Origin: a virus
Taxonomy: Duplodnaviria > Heunggongvirae > Uroviricota > Caudoviricetes
DNA length: 64,000 nt
Virus record (IMG/VR): IMGVR_UViG_2913177423_000001
Span: 1 to 64,000 of that record
Reading direction: 5' to 3' (one strand)
This document shows positions 47,169 to 56,831 of this stretch, piece by piece. Numbering within the stretch: the first letter of the stretch is position 1; each line of letters opens with the position of its first letter. The notes below the pieces were generated by a model. It ran no database searches and was not told the origin of the DNA. It saw only the letters and a list, made by a program, of their open reading frames with translations. The translations under genes were made by a program, and so were the position numbers.

Positions 47169-48094
47169 TGAATCTGTCCATCTCTCAAAAAGCGACAATG
47201 ACCAGCATTGAGATCGCGGAGCTGGTAGGTAAGCGTCCTGATAACGTTAAACGCACCATTGAACACCTAGCGGAACGGGGCGTAATATCTTTTCCTCAAA
47301 TTGAGGAAAAGCCCACCGCAGGGCGCCCGGCGAGCTATTACGTCTTCGAAGGCGAGCAAGGCAAGCGCGACAGCATTATTGTCGTCGCACAGCTTTCTCC
47401 TGAATTTACCGCCCGGCTGGTGGACCGCTGGCGCGAACTGGAGAATGCCAGGGGACCGTTAAAAACAAAGGCCGAAATTCTGGCTGAAATGGCGCAAATG
47501 CATCTTGAGCATGAACGCAGGATCAACGCCGTAAATGCCCAGGTAGCCGAAGTTTCGGCACAAGTGTCCAGGGTCGCTGAAACCGTCGAGCAAATAAAGA
47601 AAGGCAATATGCCGGAAGGTTACATTGGCTACCGCCAGCTGGCGGCGAAATGTGGCTTGACTGAAGCCAAATGTCGCAACCTGGTCAACGCTTACCGTAT
47701 CCCCACCGATACGCATGAGTTTTTAACGCCCGATGGTTTGCTTGCCCGACGCTCCATTGTGGCCCTGGCCCCCTTCCGGAAAGCCTTTAAGCAGGTTATG
47801 TCGGAGGCCGAACCACGTAATAAACGCTGGTATCATCCAAAAATGGGCCTCTTTCAGGCAATCCACCATCCTTTACCGAAAATCCCAAAAGATAATCTGT
47901 CACTGCATACAGCCAGAGAGAAGATCAGAAGTGGATATGCAACGGTATGCCGTCGTGCCTCATGGTCTGAAGGTGTATGGGTATGGCCCGAAGGCGGATC
48001 AAGGAAGCACTGGCGCACTATCCGAGATGGTAAAATTCATGCTATTGATTTAGCGCCAGAGGATATGGTTGCTATGGACTGGATTGTTAGTTAA
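47168..48094 (+). CDS. Rha-family phage regulatory protein fused to a C-terminal small domain
   Basis: N-terminal MTSIEIAELVGKRPDNV; colinear with 10408..11115 plus 11112..11312 combined. Confidence 0.6.
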   Translation: MNLSISQKATMTSIEIAELVGKRPDNVKRTIEHLAERGVISFPQIEEKPTAGRPASYYVFEGEQGKRDSIIVVAQLSPEFTARLVDRWRELENARGPLKTKAEILAEMAQMHLEHERRINAVNAQVAEVSAQVSRVAETVEQIKKGNMPEGYIGYRQLAAKCGLTEAKCRNLVNAYRIPTDTHEFLTPDGLLARRSIVALAPFRKAFKQVMSEAEPRNKRWYHPKMGLFQAIHHPLPKIPKDNLSLHTAREKIRSGYATVCRRASWSEGVWVWPEGGSRKHWRTIRDGKIHAIDLAPEDMVAMDWIVS

Positions 48095-48102
48095 TTACTG
48101 TT

Positions 48103-48124
48103 GCCCCGGCCTGTCCGGGGCTTT
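48103..48124 (+). terminator. putative terminator hairpin (paralogous to 11321-11346)
   Basis: GCCCCGGCC-tgt-CCGGGGC followed by a short TTT. Confidence 0.4.
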
Positions 48125-48153
48125 AACTGCTAAATAATCGGATTCTCCGCACG

Positions 48154-48465
48154 ATGAAGAAAATAGATTTCACTTACTCTGCCGCCACAGTCCAGCGACG
48201 TTTCAGTCTCATAAGGGAAGTGGAACTATCAAAAACCGGGTATCAGGTTCTGTTGGATGAAGAGTTATCACTGATGGTAATAGCAGAAAAATTGGCTATG
48301 CCGAATGATCGGCACAAAGTCATTGCAAGCCTTGACCTGGTAACAAACAGATACTGGGAAGCAGAGGGACCACATGGAGATGGTGTAATACGCGAAATGA
48401 TTGAACAAGCGACGCCCCTACGCTATCGGATACGAAATGAAGTCACCATAATTGAAAGGTCTTAA
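48154..48465 (+). CDS. hypothetical protein (103 aa)
   Basis: ATG at 48154. Confidence 0.45.
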   Translation: MKKIDFTYSAATVQRRFSLIREVELSKTGYQVLLDEELSLMVIAEKLAMPNDRHKVIASLDLVTNRYWEAEGPHGDGVIREMIEQATPLRYRIRNEVTIIERS

Positions 48466-48596
48466 CGATAGTCTGCCACGAATAGTAACTTCCACTGCCT
48501 TAAGTTATTTAATTGCATTACAAAGTGTAAATTAGTAATATTAGAGTCTCACACAGCACTATAACTATATGTTTTTTATGTAAAAGGACGATAATT

Positions 48597-48947
48597 TTGG
48601 CTACTAAAGTTAAACTAGAAAATCCGCAAACTGGCGAGTCAATAACAGGTTTTTATGGCTTTTCCTGGACTACATTCTTGTTTGGCGCTTTTCCAGCTTT
48701 GTTCAGGAAAGACTTTATAACTTTTGTTGGGGTATTCGTTGTGATGCTGATACTGGCATGCCTCACATTCGGAATTGGCCCTTGGATAGCCTCGTTTATC
48801 TGGGCGTTCATGTACAATAAATATTTCACCGTAAATAAGATAAAACAAGGATTCGTATTTGCTAGTTCTCACACAGAAAATGAGTTAGCCGCCAGCAAAC
48901 TTGGATTAGCCTTAAATCAAAACAACTGCAAAACTATTACCGCGTGA
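48597..48947 (+). CDS. small membrane protein (116 aa)
   Basis: TTG start, two or three hydrophobic helices, AT-rich. Confidence 0.4.
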   Translation: MATKVKLENPQTGESITGFYGFSWTTFLFGAFPALFRKDFITFVGVFVVMLILACLTFGIGPWIASFIWAFMYNKYFTVNKIKQGFVFASSHTENELAASKLGLALNQNNCKTITA

Positions 48948-48951
48948 AACC

Positions 48952-48983
48952 AAAAAAGCAGGCTTATTTTAAGCCTGCTTTTT
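48952..48983. terminator. bidirectional intrinsic terminator
   Basis: AAGCAGGCTT-atttt-AAGCCTGCTT with flanking A and T runs between convergent genes. Confidence 0.7.
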
Positions 48984-48989
48984 CGATTA

Positions 48990-49865
48990 CTAGTCCTGCT
49001 GACAATTAAGGAACATAAACGCACGTTTGTCCGTTAAATCAGTAACATAATATTCACGAATACCATTCGGTTTTATGCGGCGAGCATACACAAACTTATG
49101 AACTGGCTGGTCGCTGCCATAACTAACCTCAGTGCGAAATTCATCGACCGTGCTACCATCCTTTTCTGTCTCTTTGCGTATCAGTTTATTGTTCAGATCT
49201 GGCTGAGTCTCATCCATTCCGCTAAATGCATCTTGCCCGGTACTATTACCCCGGTTGCCACGTGGTAAATCCCACGAAAAATAAGTCCCATAGTCTGTAA
49301 TTACCTGATCCCACGCCCCGGTTTCATCCATATAATGACTACGCTTCCCTTGGTATGTTACGTCAACCTTACAGGAAAACGTTGGCGCGCTATTACTTGC
49401 AGCTGAGGCCGTTGAAGATTGTGTAACACTGCCATTGTTGGCATTTCCATAGTTCCAGCCATCATGCAACGCTTTAACCCACAGATTAGTCAGGGATAGC
49501 GTAACATCATTCCCCAACGCCTGGCTGATTCGAAGCCTCTGTATCCGGCGTAACCCATACTCATAGGCTTCATCGTCATTAATCACTCGCCCACGTTGAG
49601 CGGCTACCACCCCAGATTGCCACGCACGATTAATTTCACGAATAAGATACACTTGTGGATCAACGCCGTATCTGTTGTATTCATAGTAAAGGCTCATTGC
49701 GCCGTGTTGGCTCTGGTATTCATTAGCCCATGATATAACCGCGTTTCTTCCATAATCCGCGAGCGCAGAATGACTTGACAGAAGAAGAGCAACGCCAACA
49801 GTCTTCAGTAATTTGAATCGGCACAACTTTTTAATAATACGATTGGGAAATGTTTTTTTGCTCAC
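48990..49865 (-). CDS. secreted protein with signal peptide (291 aa)
   Basis: N-terminal signal sequence ending ALA-DY; Asn/Gly/Ser-rich mature region. Confidence 0.5.
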   Translation of the reverse strand: MSKKTFPNRIIKKLCRFKLLKTVGVALLLSSHSALADYGRNAVISWANEYQSQHGAMSLYYEYNRYGVDPQVYLIREINRAWQSGVVAAQRGRVINDDEAYEYGLRRIQRLRISQALGNDVTLSLTNLWVKALHDGWNYGNANNGSVTQSSTASAASNSAPTFSCKVDVTYQGKRSHYMDETGAWDQVITDYGTYFSWDLPRGNRGNSTGQDAFSGMDETQPDLNNKLIRKETEKDGSTVDEFRTEVSYGSDQPVHKFVYARRIKPNGIREYYVTDLTDKRAFMFLNCQQD

Positions 49866-50095
49866 TTTTCAACCTTTTGCCACAAATCCAGACCAACTAC
49901 CTAATAATAATAACTAACCACTCTGTTTTTTTGATAAGCACCAAATCGTTTACAAAAAAAATAGCAAATGACTATTGACACTATTCTGGAAATCACAAAC
50001 TGCACATAATCCATCGCGCTAACGGCTCCCGTTGAAGGTTCTTTTGACGATTAACTTTCAGCCGAAGCGCGGTAGGGAGTCATAACGCCAAAGCA

Positions 50096-50119
50096 GGCCG
50101 CCATGTGCGGCCTTTTTTT
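50096..50119 (+). terminator. intrinsic terminator-like hairpin upstream of gene 50147
   Basis: GGCCGC-catgt-GCGGCC followed by TTTTTTT. Confidence 0.5.
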
Positions 50120-50146
50120 GTATCCGTCATCCGTGGAGGAAGGACA

Positions 50147-50800
50147 ATGGAAAAGATCGCAATATTCAGCCTGACCACCAGCAAACCGCAAATGCTCACT
50201 GCAATACTGAAAGACGGCGCTCTCGTGATTAACGAAGTAAAACCCCTTCCCGCGTCAGCATTGGAACAAAAGCAAAAAATTCCTCCAGCTATAGCAGCCC
50301 TGCGGAAAAGCAAATTTAAGGTGCTGGTTGACGAAATTACGCCAACGATCTCCGCTGGCACCGGAGCAAGCCAGGTAACACTCAAGACACGTCATGCCGA
50401 CGGCAGAGCTGCGATCATCGTAGGGATGGAAAGATACAGAGAGCTAAAACTCCAGAAGCTATTATCCCTGCCGCAAAATAACAAAGGAGCTTTCGAAATC
50501 CCCGACTCCATCGTTGACACCGAATACAACGGTAACGGAGAAGAAGTCTACCGAGTGAACTGGCAGGATATCAGGCCGGAACATATTCTGATGATCCTGT
50601 GTTGCTACGCGACCGTATACCACAACGTTGCCAGCGCGGATTACGTGGAACAGATGACAGGCACAGTCGAGAAAGAGCACAAAACAGGCATCCTCGCTTC
50701 GTTCCTGTCCATTATTGGGCATGAAAAGGTTAAAGCAGGCACCTCCCAGCCAAAGTCACTGGCTGGGAAAGAAGTTGATGAAGATACCGTGATACTTTGA
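50147..50800 (+). CDS. hypothetical protein (217 aa)
   Basis: ATG at 50147 preceded by GGAGGAAGG. Confidence 0.5.
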   Translation: MEKIAIFSLTTSKPQMLTAILKDGALVINEVKPLPASALEQKQKIPPAIAALRKSKFKVLVDEITPTISAGTGASQVTLKTRHADGRAAIIVGMERYRELKLQKLLSLPQNNKGAFEIPDSIVDTEYNGNGEEVYRVNWQDIRPEHILMILCCYATVYHNVASADYVEQMTGTVEKEHKTGILASFLSIIGHEKVKAGTSQPKSLAGKEVDEDTVIL

Positions 50801-51129
50801 TCACATCAGTAGCTTTGTTAACTCCCTCAATACCAGGTAGAAGAGTAACAAAAATACTGACGCCAGTATTTGCGTGGTCAATGAAGCGTTCATAAACAGA
50901 TCAATTAGCATTATTAATTCGAAAATAACATCCATGTCATTCGCTCAGTTTAATTTTTAATCTACTGCCAGTAAGTAATGAAGCTGGCCCCGCATAAAGA
51001 TTAATGAAAGTCACTTGTCACCAGTGAGGGGATTTATGAATCACATCTCCCTGAGCTGGTGGCCTGTCTGTTTCTCGCATTTCACACCCTGCATACAGTT
51101 TCCCCAGGTTATGACTGAGGATTTTTGTT

Positions 51130-51459
51130 ATGGGCTATAGCAGACTCGACGATCGATACATTGAAGACGATATTCTGCGCGCACTGTTCCACCAGGAGAT
51201 GATTAAACGGGTATCGGAATATCACCCGGATAACTTCCAGTACACGATAAAAATTGATGAAGTCTATCGTTCAGACCTGGCTGCCTACCGGGCGTATGGG
51301 AACGCAGATTTACGCTGGGTATTCAGAGTGCTGGTGGGGCATGAATCAGAAATGGAAGAAATGCCCGCCGGGACCACGTTAACTCTCCCTGATGTGGCAT
51401 GGCTGAGAAACAAGATCCGTGATTATGCTGGCGCTGAACCGGAGATAAAAAATGCCTGA
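51130..51459 (+). CDS. hypothetical protein (109 aa)
   Basis: ATG at 51130; overlaps start of next gene. Confidence 0.45.
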   Translation: MGYSRLDDRYIEDDILRALFHQEMIKRVSEYHPDNFQYTIKIDEVYRSDLAAYRAYGNADLRWVFRVLVGHESEMEEMPAGTTLTLPDVAWLRNKIRDYAGAEPEIKNA

Positions 51460-52648
51460 TTTCCTGAAAAACCAGGACGGGCGCTATATCACTGACGGCC
51501 TGTCCTCTAAGGACTTCACGCGTATATTCGACCTTATCAGGAAAGAACAAACCCGTAAGCGCCGACAAGCTCACCGAACGCTTACACCTGGCAGACTGAG
51601 GAACAAATCCGCCGAAGATATTCTCAAGTTAGGGAAGAAGAAAGGCGGCACGTTCTTTACGCGAGACGATCTGAAAGGTTTCGAAAAGCTACGGAGTAAA
51701 ACGCGCGAAAAATATGACAGCAAGACGGCTGGCATTACATACGCCCAGCTGGTGGCGTCCAGCCAGGCTATCGATATTAAGCGTGCAAATAACGCCGTAG
51801 ACGACGGTTCCGGTATCAAAAGAGCTACGCCCGTATCTCTTCGCCACAACGTGATTAATATCCGCGTAGAAGCATCAGATATATCCGTCCACCAGCATCA
51901 TATCGTCCGGATACGCTTTGAAGAATGGGATCAGATGGTCGATGACATCGCAGAAGACGATAAATCAGCCCTGAAAGTCACTAAATCACTGTGTGCTGGG
52001 CGGGTATCTTTCGATTGTGACTGTGGTCGTCATCAATACTGGTATCGTTACATCGCCACTGCGGGTAACTTTGCCCTGGCACCGCCAAAAGAATACGCCT
52101 ATCCAAAAGTTCGCAACCCGAAGCTGCAAGGCGTCGCCTGTAAACACGTGATCCACTCAATGACGCGGTTACAGTCCGCCAGTTGGCAAATGAGTATTGC
52201 TCGTGCGCTACAAAAGGCTGCAACGCAAATTGCATTTGGTGACGATCGCCGCCGTACAACCAAACACTTCTCAAAAGAAGACGAGAAGGAGTTTAATCGC
52301 AATCGTAGCAGTAAAACGAACGTTGAAGCCGCCAAACGCGAATGGAGGCTCTATCAGAAACGCCAGGCCGCTTTAAGCACAAAACTGGCAAAGGACAACG
52401 GCAAGATTGACATGCTACGTGACCAGCTGACCAGGGCCAGAAAGTTGTCAGACGCACAGAAAAAACGAGCGGCAGCAAAAGAAGCGGCCTTGCAACGCGA
52501 GAAACAGAAAAACAAGGAGCTTCAGCAACGCCTTGCCGATCAGTTCGCACTGAAGAAGCAGGCGTTCATTGATGCGCTTGTCATGGCAGGAACGTCACCT
52601 GAGCAAGCTGAAAAAATGTTTATGGAGTATGTGAAGAAAGGTTCTTAA
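51452..52648 (+). CDS. SWIM zinc-finger protein with basic coiled-coil C-terminus
   Basis: CxC-Xn-CxH pattern FDCDCGRHQ ... VACKHVIH; Lys/Arg/Gln-rich C-terminal third. Confidence 0.5.
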   Translation: MPDFLKNQDGRYITDGLSSKDFTRIFDLIRKEQTRKRRQAHRTLTPGRLRNKSAEDILKLGKKKGGTFFTRDDLKGFEKLRSKTREKYDSKTAGITYAQLVASSQAIDIKRANNAVDDGSGIKRATPVSLRHNVINIRVEASDISVHQHHIVRIRFEEWDQMVDDIAEDDKSALKVTKSLCAGRVSFDCDCGRHQYWYRYIATAGNFALAPPKEYAYPKVRNPKLQGVACKHVIHSMTRLQSASWQMSIARALQKAATQIAFGDDRRRTTKHFSKEDEKEFNRNRSSKTNVEAAKREWRLYQKRQAALSTKLAKDNGKIDMLRDQLTRARKLSDAQKKRAAAKEAALQREKQKNKELQQRLADQFALKKQAFIDALVMAGTSPEQAEKMFMEYVKKGS

Positions 52649-52656
52649 TTTACAAC

Positions 52657-52680
52657 AAAGGCGGTTATCCCGCCTTTTAT
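52657..52680. terminator. bidirectional intrinsic terminator
   Basis: AAAGGCGG-ttatc-CCGCCTTT between convergent genes. Confidence 0.7.
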
Positions 52681-52681
52681 A

Positions 52682-53419
52682 TTACTTGTCCTTTGATGTC
52701 GATTGAGACTCATATATTGCCTCTACGTCATCTATTAGTTTATTAATACCCCACAATCCAGTGTCTTTATAAAAATCGCTTTCTTCAATTGCTTTTAATA
52801 AATCGGCAAAATCTTCTTGGGTGGAAATTCTTTTCTTTTTTGCTTTATATACATCGACAATTACTTTTATGCCGTGATACAGAGCCACTCTGGCACTCTC
52901 AATCTCTCTCTTCTTCTCTTCAATTGCAGACAATAATTTATATTGATCTTCTGTTTGCTTTTCTAGACTTAAAAGCTTGTTCTCTTTTTGCTTCAGGTTG
53001 ATCTGCAATTCTTTTATTCTTGCTCTCTCTTCTAAATCAAACTCATAGTCAATGTATCTGATTCTTGCATAGTTCCTCCCTGTTGCTTTTGATATACACA
53101 TTGTTATATAAGGCATTACCACTGACGCAGTGGTTCCATATATAAATGGCATAACAAAATGAGCCACAAACGGAGATACAACGATGGGACCAATATAAGG
53201 AAAGTGATATTTCTCGCCAACCCATACTATAGACAATGTTGTATATATATCGTACTTTGATTTAAATAAAATAATAATATCCTGCCAGTTAACGACAAAA
53301 AAAGAAACCACAACATATGCAAACAACTTATTAAATAACTTGTCTCTTATGGCTTCTTCGATTGTGTTCTTGACTGTGACATTTTCATCTTTATTTTCTA
53401 GTGATGAATCTTTGCTCAT
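52682..53419 (-). CDS. membrane protein with cytoplasmic coiled coil; abortive-infection or exclusion candidate
   Basis: markedly AT-rich ORF; two hydrophobic segments then heptad-rich C-terminus; single-gene unit with its own terminator. Confidence 0.4.
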   Translation of the reverse strand: MSKDSSLENKDENVTVKNTIEEAIRDKLFNKLFAYVVVSFFVVNWQDIIILFKSKYDIYTTLSIVWVGEKYHFPYIGPIVVSPFVAHFVMPFIYGTTASVVMPYITMCISKATGRNYARIRYIDYEFDLEERARIKELQINLKQKENKLLSLEKQTEDQYKLLSAIEEKKREIESARVALYHGIKVIVDVYKAKKKRISTQEDFADLLKAIEESDFYKDTGLWGINKLIDDVEAIYESQSTSKDK

Positions 53420-53480
53420 ATAAACAATCAAACCTTCTTATCTTTATTTTTGGTAAAGGCGGTCATCCAGACCGCCAAAC

Positions 53481-53840
53481 TCAAACACCAACCAGGCTTT
53501 CAAGAGGAATACCAAACTGGGAATGTAAACGACGAATCATAGGTAACGTCAAATTTCGTGTCCCATTAAGCACTTCGTAAACACGGTTTGACTTACCAAT
53601 TGCCGGTTCCAGATCCTTCACTGTCAGCCCTTGCTGTTCCATACGAAACTTAATGGCTTCAATAGGTGATGGTGGCTCTATTGGGTAATGCTTTTTCTCG
53701 TACTCTTCAATGAGCAGGCACATTACTTCAAAGAAATCGCCTTCCGGTGTGTTCATTTCCGGTTCGTTATCGAACATCGGTTCGACCGCACGCAGTGCGG
53801 CCTCATAATCTTGTTCTGTACGGATAGGTTTAATGTTCAT
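53481..53840 (-). CDS. higA: HigA-family antitoxin (HTH)
   Basis: 119 aa; C-terminal HTH LTVKDLEPAIGKSNRVYEVLNG; located 3 bp downstream of the toxin gene. Confidence 0.75.
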   Translation of the reverse strand: MNIKPIRTEQDYEAALRAVEPMFDNEPEMNTPEGDFFEVMCLLIEEYEKKHYPIEPPSPIEAIKFRMEQQGLTVKDLEPAIGKSNRVYEVLNGTRNLTLPMIRRLHSQFGIPLESLVGV

Positions 53841-53843
53841 GAT

Positions 53844-54146
53844 TTACTCCAGTTCTATTGTATCCGCTTCAATGGCATCGTATTCCTTATGTGTTCCAAT
53901 AAACTTAACGAACATCCATCCTCGCTGATAAGCAATTGCGACAATTAACCTGTAATCATTTCCCTTAATATTGAACACCACGCGCCTGTTTTTAAGGATG
54001 CTGGCTGTCCGGTACTGTTCTTTGATCTCAGCCGGATTTTTCCAGTCAGCCTTTGTTGCTTCATCAACCCATGCCTTTAATGGCTGTTCTGCATCGGGAT
54101 TCTTCGCCCAGAAATCCCTTAGTGTTTTTACCGAAATTATTTTCAT
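53844..54146 (-). CDS. higB: HigB-family (RelE/ParE superfamily) toxin
   Basis: ATG at 54146 after AAGGA; about 100 aa, toxin-first gene order typical of higBA. Confidence 0.7.
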   Translation of the reverse strand: MKIISVKTLRDFWAKNPDAEQPLKAWVDEATKADWKNPAEIKEQYRTASILKNRRVVFNIKGNDYRLIVAIAYQRGWMFVKFIGTHKEYDAIEADTIELE

Positions 54147-54176
54147 CACAGATTCCTTCTCTCTGAAAGCAGAGTA

Positions 54177-54222
54177 GTCCCAATATGGGACAATGTAAAG
54201 CACTTTAGTCCCATGCTGGGAT
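54177..54222. promoter_or_regulatory. tandem palindromes, candidate HigA operators
   Basis: GTCCCAATATGGGAC and GTCCCATGCTGGGAT directly upstream of higB. Confidence 0.45.
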
Positions 54223-54291
54223 ATGAATTGAAATCACAATCTCCAGACAATGCACCTTCGATACCTGATACATCGACCTTTGAGGATGCTT

Positions 54292-55083
54292 ATGGGCCGT
54301 TTTGACGAATGGTTTGCTGACGATGCAAACCTGGTAAGTAAGGAGTCAGAACATGACAGCACGCAGAGAGAAACGCCAGCGCCGATTGAAGAGGATGCAG
54401 GAGGCGCGCCGGAACATGGCAATACCGGATCGGATTCATTCAGCATTCTGGAAGAGCAATCCACCGCCGAAGCTGATCGCCATGATAATTTCCCTGGTAG
54501 CGGCGGTAGTTTTACTCCGGACACTGGAGAACCTGATATAGCCATTCTGCCATCTTCCCTGGCAGGCAGAGAACCAACTCCACAGCTAAAAACACGCTAT
54601 AACGGGCATAAAGCCTTTAACGACCAGATCCGTGCTGACTGGATGTTAATTATTGAATCCAGCCCAGACGCGTTCCAGGCGCTCTTATACCGACCTGATG
54701 TCGGCACATATGGCGTGGTCAGCGACGAAACTGGAGAAGAGTCATTCACTGAACTGGATAACAACCAGCGCGAACTGACTTACCAGGAACCTGAAATCGT
54801 TTATGTGCTGGATAACCCTGATGGGCGTGACTCTTTCCATGCTCTTGACTCAGACGGTGAGCAGGACGGTCTGACTGATGACGTCCTTATTCTGCGAATC
54901 GCCGCAAATAACGTACCCGTCGGCTCAATTCTTGAGTGGAATGAAGAGATGGCAAATGGTGTAGCTCGCCGCTGGTGGTATGTACACCGTATTTTCAGTT
55001 ACGGCACACAGCATGTCGGCTCGCTTTACTACTGCATACCCGCAAGAAACTTTGATACGACTCAGAATGGGGTGATCGAGTAA
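54292..55083 (+). CDS. hypothetical acidic protein
   Basis: ATG at 54292 after GAGGA; Asp/Glu-rich; first gene of a rightward structural-like block. Confidence 0.45.
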   Translation: MGRFDEWFADDANLVSKESEHDSTQRETPAPIEEDAGGAPEHGNTGSDSFSILEEQSTAEADRHDNFPGSGGSFTPDTGEPDIAILPSSLAGREPTPQLKTRYNGHKAFNDQIRADWMLIIESSPDAFQALLYRPDVGTYGVVSDETGEESFTELDNNQRELTYQEPEIVYVLDNPDGRDSFHALDSDGEQDGLTDDVLILRIAANNVPVGSILEWNEEMANGVARRWWYVHRIFSYGTQHVGSLYYCIPARNFDTTQNGVIE

Positions 55084-55847
55084 TGTCAAACAATACCCTC
55101 CTGGCGCGGATCGGCGAATGGCAGACAACACGCACAGGGAAATTCCAGACTACTGGCCTTGAGAGCGTGGATAACGCGTTCGCTTCGCTCATTAGCAACA
55201 TTTTTTCAGATATCTTGCTGGTGGAACCTACGCGAGAAGAAAAGCGTTTTGCATCGTTTCTGAATCGCCCACCAGCCGAACGTGTTTACGTGGCTCGTTT
55301 CGATAATGCTATTGAGTTTCTTAAAGCCGTGCGCCGCGCAAATGCCGGGCAAGGAAGAAAACCGGAAAACCAGAACATTAATCGCGATGCCTTGCCGTTG
55401 ATCAACATCTCCCGGTCTATGGATATCAGCTATATCAATGATGATCAGCAGATAGACCGCAGGCAAACTGCCAGTTTTTGCAACCCGGATACTGGAATGC
55501 CTTTAGCGACTCTGGAATACACCCAGGCTATCCTGACTTATGACGTTACGTTAATGGCTACTGATAAAGCAACCATGAGTCTGATGTGTAATTCGCTGGG
55601 CGCGCGGCTCCGCCTGATGACCGGAACACAATTTGAGGCAAACACTAACCTGGTGCGTGTTCCTGTTCCTCTGATTTGCTCCATTCAGGATGCTAAAGAC
55701 GTTGGATTTACGGATGTTTCGGCACCCGTGGGAGAAGAGAGGATTTATGCTACTCAGGCACCTGTAAGCGTCATTGCGGATGTAATCACAGCCTGGGAAT
55801 TGGACGCGAAACGCGTTGTTACTGAAACCTCGCTGGCTATGGGGTAA
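55083..55847 (+). CDS. hypothetical protein, possible tail/baseplate component
   Basis: ATGA-coupled within the same block as the spike-like gene. Confidence 0.4.
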   Translation: MSNNTLLARIGEWQTTRTGKFQTTGLESVDNAFASLISNIFSDILLVEPTREEKRFASFLNRPPAERVYVARFDNAIEFLKAVRRANAGQGRKPENQNINRDALPLINISRSMDISYINDDQQIDRRQTASFCNPDTGMPLATLEYTQAILTYDVTLMATDKATMSLMCNSLGARLRLMTGTQFEANTNLVRVPVPLICSIQDAKDVGFTDVSAPVGEERIYATQAPVSVIADVITAWELDAKRVVTETSLAMG

Positions 55848-55850
55848 TCA

Positions 55851-56831
55851 ATGTCCCAGGAGTTACAACAATACTTCCTCCAGTCAGTCACAATTAACGA
55901 TAACAAAGTGCCACGAGACTGGATTTTTACCGCAGTGTACGTGGAAAAGAGCAGCCTTAAAGCGCCGTTATTGAAGCTGGAAATTCATGACATGACAGGC
56001 ACCATAATTGATGACTGGAAAGCTAAATACGGTGCATCGCTGGTGGCTGAAATGGGCGATCCAAACGGTAATGCTGGCACTTTTAAAACAACTTTTTTTG
56101 TTACGTCAGCAATGCTGGCTGGGGATGTAGTTACCGTTATTGCGGTCAGTGAAGACGTGCATCGGTTTAAGATCCCCTCCCCTCGCACCAATCTACACAC
56201 GAACAAAACGCCGGACACCATATTCAAGGCGTATAGCGGCAATCTTAAAATTTCCAGCAGTGTCCTAAAGCGTGCGGTTACATATCACCTGAACGCAGGC
56301 GACAAGCCGTCAAAAATGCTCTCAGAGATAGCACGCGACAAAGGTGCATTGTGTTGGGTCTGCCGGGGAGAATTTAACTTTTACACCCTGGCTGATCTGA
56401 TGAAGCAAACTCCATCCTTCACCTACGAAGGTAATAATCCACAAGCGAAATACACCTTGTCAAAAATGCGCATGATTCAACAGGAACATGCGACAACAGC
56501 AAAGAATCAGTACCGTTTTGTGGGCTATTCCATGACTGATGGTTATATCGAATATGGCGATAGTTCCCTGCCTGTACGTTACATATCCGATTCCGATATG
56601 GAAACTCTTCGCAATATGCAGCTGTCTCTCGTCCCCAAAATGGATATAGAAGTTGCAGGCAATCCGGATATAAAGCCAGGAATGCTGATAGAGATTCTTG
56701 TATACCGTTATGATCAAGAAAACCGTATCGATGAATCAATGCCACGTAAGCTCATAGTGAAAAACGTCGCTCACTTTGAAGATCGTATAGGCTACACAAC
56801 CAGAATGATATTAGGAGTGCCAAATAAGTGA
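55851..56831 (+). CDS. putative baseplate hub protein (gpD/Mu gp44-like position)
   Basis: 326-aa ORF immediately upstream of and overlapping the gpV-like spike gene. Confidence 0.35.
   Translation: MSQELQQYFLQSVTINDNKVPRDWIFTAVYVEKSSLKAPLLKLEIHDMTGTIIDDWKAKYGASLVAEMGDPNGNAGTFKTTFFVTSAMLAGDVVTVIAVSEDVHRFKIPSPRTNLHTNKTPDTIFKAYSGNLKISSSVLKRAVTYHLNAGDKPSKMLSEIARDKGALCWVCRGEFNFYTLADLMKQTPSFTYEGNNPQAKYTLSKMRMIQQEHATTAKNQYRFVGYSMTDGYIEYGDSSLPVRYISDSDMETLRNMQLSLVPKMDIEVAGNPDIKPGMLIEILVYRYDQENRIDESMPRKLIVKNVAHFEDRIGYTTRMILGVPNK

Noticed and set aside
49866-50095. Small RNA gene ending at the terminator 50096-50119
   Set aside because: The candidate -35 and -10 elements I saw are 24 bp apart, and the region may simply hold the promoter of the divergent secreted-protein gene; evidence is too weak to call.
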